Part shown: positions 58,840 to 64,000 of the stretch, piece by piece
Layout: the number at the start of each line of letters is the position of its first letter
Position numbering within the stretch: position 1 is the first letter of the stretch
Assembly: GCA_951406725.2 (NCBI GenBank)
Contig: OX597827.1
Span: 23,498,001-23,562,000 of the forward strand
Source of the DNA: Octopus vulgaris
Lineage: Eukaryota
DNA: 64,000 nt
Reading direction: 5' to 3'
Notes under the pieces: generated by a model
Database searches by the model: none
The model's input: only the letters and a program-made list of their open reading frames with translations
Told to the model about the DNA's origin: nothing
Position numbers and translations under genes: made by a program

Positions 58840-59315
58840 TTGTTATGCGTGTGATCCCTCCGTCCGTATAAAAATGACCTTGCATGAAACCGGCCCCTGG
58901 TGCAAAACTGATTCGGGACCACTGCATTAGAGCATTCATTCTGTATTCTTGTTTGTTCTAGCGGTTCATTGTAGACAGAAATGACTTAAATATTCGTCAA
59001 GTTCACTTGACCATTTTCCCTCCCTCTAAATTCGTAGACCTCTGTCCAAAGTAATACGTTTTTCTTTATTAGTAAACAAACACAAAATATGAAGCGTCTA
59101 ACAGCACTGTTTATTTACGTCGCCATCTTGGTTTTGTTGGTTGGAGACTATAACATGACAACCAACAGGTTTCCTGTTTATTTTCTAACATATTTCTAAG
59201 ATGGCAGAAATCCGTTGTGGCTTTCTTCACAAAATTATCAAAATACTTGATTTATACTGAATGTGCTGAATATTCTCATGTTTTTACAAACTGCTACAGC
59301 AACAACTACAACTAT

Positions 59316-59564
<249 letters not shown>

Positions 59565-60211
59565 TAAGAAGAAGAAGAAGAAGAAAAGGAAGAAGAAGGG
59601 GGAGGAGGAGGAGGAGGACGACGACAACGACGACGACGACGACGATGATGATGATAACATTGAATCATGGCAAAATGATATTTCATATACGAAGAAAATT
59701 TCGTCCATTTTTATCTCATTTTGACTCCTTTTATATCTCTTCTCTCTTCACATTCAAAGCCCTCAGTTTTTTGTTAATCTCTGTTTTCTTTCACGCTTTC
59801 GTTCAGTCTACTCGTTTCTTCTTCATTTTCAATTCCTACATTAATTCTATACTTCCCTCACTTGTTTCACTCAACTATTCGATCCATTTTCTCGTTCCTT
59901 CTCTTTCACTCAATCATTTGTTCCTCTTTTCTTCTCTGGTTTTGCCACCTTCATTCAAATCTTCTATGATTTTACTTCTTCCTTTAAATTCAATTTAATC
60001 GAGTCATCTTTCTTTCCTTCTCGACTTTCATTCAAATGGTTTACATATTCTCTCGTGTCTCTCACGTTTACAATTAATTTATTAATCCATTCAGATTTTT
60101 TTCTTCATTTCTTTCTTTCAATTGTTCTTGTTTTTTTTTTGTTTTTTTTTTTGTTTTCTTCAATTCTTCCTTTATTTTGATCAGGCATTATATTTTCATA
60201 ACCATCCCTCT

Positions 60212-60271
<60 letters not shown>

Positions 60272-60622
60272 CCATTCTATCAGTTTGACTTTTTTGAACT
60301 CGAGTCATTCTATCAATTTGCTTGTTTATTATTCCTTCCTACCTTTCTATTTGTCACGCATTTCTACCTGTCTAAATATCCGGCTTACTGCCTGTCTCTT
60401 TATAACGCATTGCGTTTATTCATTCTTTTCAACGTTCAATCTCAAAATATTTTTCAATCTATCAGTTATTCCCGTCCTTCTTTCCAAACATTCTTTCATT
60501 TTTTAAAAAATAAAATCGTATACATTTATGTTTGTTTCTTTTCGGTCAGTTTTTCTGTTTTTCTCTTAACCGTATATCTTTATTCATTTCTCTGCATCTC
60601 ACTCTCTATCTCTATCTCTATC

Positions 60623-60692
<70 letters not shown>

Positions 60693-60693
60693 C

Positions 60694-60724
<31 letters not shown>

Positions 60725-60734
60725 GATCTATCTA

Positions 60735-60790
<56 letters not shown>

Positions 60791-61323
60791 GTCTTATCTG
60801 TCTTGCATTCACATCTTGTTCGTTTTGTACATCAAGCTTTTCTATCTTAACTTTCTCACCGTTTTACTTTATTTTCCACCCAAACTATTTCTTGATTCTT
60901 CTTAAACTATTTGAAAACTTTTTTTACAATTCTATTGAAAAGGGTGTCACGTCTTGACCTTTCCAAGCGGCCCACTTTTCATTGACTCTGCTGTCTCCGT
61001 TACAAACGATTATTGAGCTGGTATGTTCAGTAGAAATGGAGTTAAAATTTAGAAAATGAAGCTGGTACTTTATCTTTAATAACTACAAACTTCCCATAAT
61101 TCCACAGTAACAGTATTTAAATGAGATGTCTATGATCTGCCTCTTCGAAGCTGTTCTTTTCTCTCGTGTCTCCTCCTTGCATTAGAACAGGACTTCGCAT
61201 TGTCTCATATTTCTTCCTTACATCTTCGCATTCTTCATACTTTCTCTGTCATTCCCTATCTCCCCTCGCCCTTTCCTCTTTTTGTCTCCCTCTTCTCATT
61301 CCCCTCCTCTCTCTCTTTCTCCC

Positions 61324-61372
<49 letters not shown>

Positions 61373-61434
61373 CGTGTATATCCATATATATATATATATA
61401 TATAATTATATATATATACATATATATATGTATA

Positions 61435-61599
<165 letters not shown>

Positions 61600-62152
61600 A
61601 GATGCGCGTGTCTGTGCGGTTGTGTGTGTTTGTTTGTGCGTGTTTGTGTGCATGTGTGCGTGCGTGTGTATGTGTGTGACACGCGCGCGCTTGCGTGCGT
61701 GAAAATTGCTAAACTGGTTAAAGCTATGTAGGCTGTTTTGGAGGGAAAAATCTAAGATAAAAATCTCACGAGATCAGACACCACCACCACCACCGCCGCC
61801 ACCACCCTCCGCTGTAGCTTCTGTGGAAACGTTCATCAAATGCGACACCTCTCAGTTAACCCAGTTCCAATCGTCATCTCAAGAGCGGCTTCCTGCTGTC
61901 AAGATTCCTAATGGTACATTTACAGATTGATAAAAATCTACATTCAGTTGTATAAATCTGCAGAGTGGTTTCTTTTCAATGTTACTGACCCACAGATTAT
62001 CGTCTAAAGTCTTATTGCACTAATGTTGCAGCATTTCGAGCCTTAATATTAATCTCACCGAGGATAATCTTGCTGATTAAACCCGTTTAAATTTAGAGTT
62101 GTTAACCTTCAGATTAGGTTGGAGATCAATTTCATAGTATGAACCCTAAGGG

Positions 62153-62562
62153 CAAGGACGTGCCGCCTACGTAGGCAAGGTAGGCACTGCCTACCTTGAA
62201 TAAAATAGATAGATAACAACATTTTCCTTTTATGGCAAAATATGCACCTAATTCAATAAAATCATGAAGGTTACTCTGATTACTATACATAAAATGGAAA
62301 ATATTTAATTTTTTTGTAGATTAGGTAGGCATAATTCACCCCTGCTTTTCAATCTCAGTATTTTAGATACGCATAGAACTGCTGTAGCACACATGCTGCG
62401 TACACTCCTACAACACCGTTTTTGTTTGCATGTGCTATCAAAGCAGAAGTAAATCTGCCTTCAACTCAGTTGCGCGCTTGTATTTCGCTTATTTTTTGTG
62501 CGTTTTACTGAATAAAGGTCATCAACAGCCAACCCTGAGTAATTACTGACGGCACATGCCTG
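62153..62562. mobile_element. hAT-type MITE
   Basis: Perfect 8-bp TSD cctaaggg (62145-62152 and 62563-62570). Imperfect 15-bp TIRs caaggacgtgccgcc / gacggcacatgcctg. Confidence 0.8.
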
Positions 62563-63351
62563 CCTAAGGGTAATCTAGGTTGCGCACATAACGATGTATT
62601 CCACGCAATCTTCTTCTTTTAGTGGAGAAGCAAGTTCTTCTGCCTCTATTATTTGTAGGTTTATTATCTAAAAATGTATTTGATAGCTTTTATACAATAG
62701 TCTATGGTGTTTCATAAAAAACAATGTGGCGCTTGAATCTTTATTTTTATTTTATTTATGAAATAATTTATAGCGACAGAAGCAGTTTTGATACCTAAAG
62801 ATAATATTCATCACCACTTAAAAAAAGGATGTGTTAAAACACAAAATACTGCCATAGTTACCGTTACAGAACTTCTCGTGTTAACTTATAGTGCATATAA
62901 TCACTCGTATTTATATCGCTAGCGGGTGTTAATCCACCGCCATCGCCGCCGCTATTTTTTTTCCTTATTAGAAAGGGAATTTTTGTGTTCTAAATTTATA
63001 CATGTCTGCAAGTGTCTCAGTCGAGTGTTTTGCTTTTTTTCTTTTCTTCTTTTTTTCCTAAAAGAAGGTTTTCCAACACATAAACTTCATTACACTTACA
63101 ATTTATTCAATGAGTCGAATGAGATAAAATTCCTGGATTATTTGAGACGATTGTGTTATTCCGTCTTCAGCTTCATGTTCTTAGCTCGAAGATGGTATTC
63201 GAGCAGAAGGCTTCAGACGTGCGACTTTGGTTACAGTGGAGGAAGAAATACTATTCAAAGAATGTTGTGAAGTTTTGGTTTGTTTAGAAACAGCGAATGG
63301 CTCATTGCACTTCTGCTCAAGTATCCTTGCGATCAGCGAACGTCGAGGTGT

Positions 63352-63402
<51 letters not shown>

Positions 63403-63584
63403 CGTGCGTGCGTGTGTGTGTGTGTGTGTATGTGTGTGTGTGTGCGCGTGCGTGCGTGCGTGCGTGTGTGTGTATATGTGTGTGTGTGTGCGCGCGTGCG
63501 TGTGTGTGTATATGTGTGTGTGTGTGTGCTTATTGACATGTTCAGTTATTATGAAAACAACTTCGCATTAATCTGATAGGTTAC

Positions 63585-63990
63585 CTCTTTCACTTGTTTC
63601 AGTCATTTGACTGCGGCCATGCCGGAGCACCGCCTTTAGTCGAACAAATCAACCCCAGGACTTATTCTTTGTAAGCCTAGTACTTATTCTATCGGTCTCT
63701 TTTGCCGAACCGCTAAGATACGGGAACGTAAACACACCAGAATCGGTTGTCAAGCGATGTTGTGGCGATAAACACAGACACACAAACACACACACACACA
63801 CACACATATATTTATATACATATACATATATACGACGGGCTTCTTTCAGTTTCCGTCTACCAAATCCACTCACAAGGCTTTGGTCGGCCCGAGGCTATAG
63901 TAGAAGACACTTGCCCAAGATGCCACGCAGTGGGACTGAACCCGGAACCATGTGGTTGGTAAGCAAGCTACTACCACACAGCCACTCCTC
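63585..63990 (-). mobile_element. SINE family A, young full-length copy
   Basis: Complete head, body and tail, highly similar to 31285-31683. Confidence 0.88.
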
Positions 63991-64000
63991 CTACCCTATA

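Noticed and set aside
61081-61104. ZNF143/Staf-like motif aactacaaacttcccataattcc
   Set aside because: Imperfect spacing, and no associated promoter or snRNA gene visible.
61706-61930. Proline-run ORF (QTPPPPPPPPPSAVAS)
   Set aside because: A (CCA)n repeat with no clear splice sites or homology.
63288-63347. Possible next HDC exon ([11 protein letters not shown])
   Set aside because: Only superficial similarity to the expected T/S-ASE-TLVALLAAR...SDQ exon; wrong length and phase.

Overview
AT-rich, microsatellite-saturated animal genomic DNA. The repeat landscape resembles octopus/coleoid cephalopod genomes (inference, not verified). Most long ORFs in the track are artefacts of (TA)n, (TATG)n, (ATCT)n, (AAT)n and (CT)n repeats. 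Two clear + strand exons of a histidine decarboxylase-like gene lie ~15 kb apart (30884-30997 and 45811-45933); I did not find its other exons in the window. Two phase-compatible exons of an unidentified - strand gene (38064-37935 and 10768-10658) appear interleaved with it, and the second is bracketed by an old inverted duplication. The rest is mobile DNA: a near full-length R4/Dong-like RLE LINE plus many 3' fragments in (AAT)n tracts; Tx1/L1, CR1, RTE and Penelope fragments; a DD37D maT element and several mariners; hAT and other MITEs; a non-autonomous Helitron; three tRNA-derived SINE families; and at least eight Penelope-type hammerhead-ribozyme motifs, some with greatly lengthened stem II. 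Repeat boundaries are approximate unless TIRs or TSDs are quoted.
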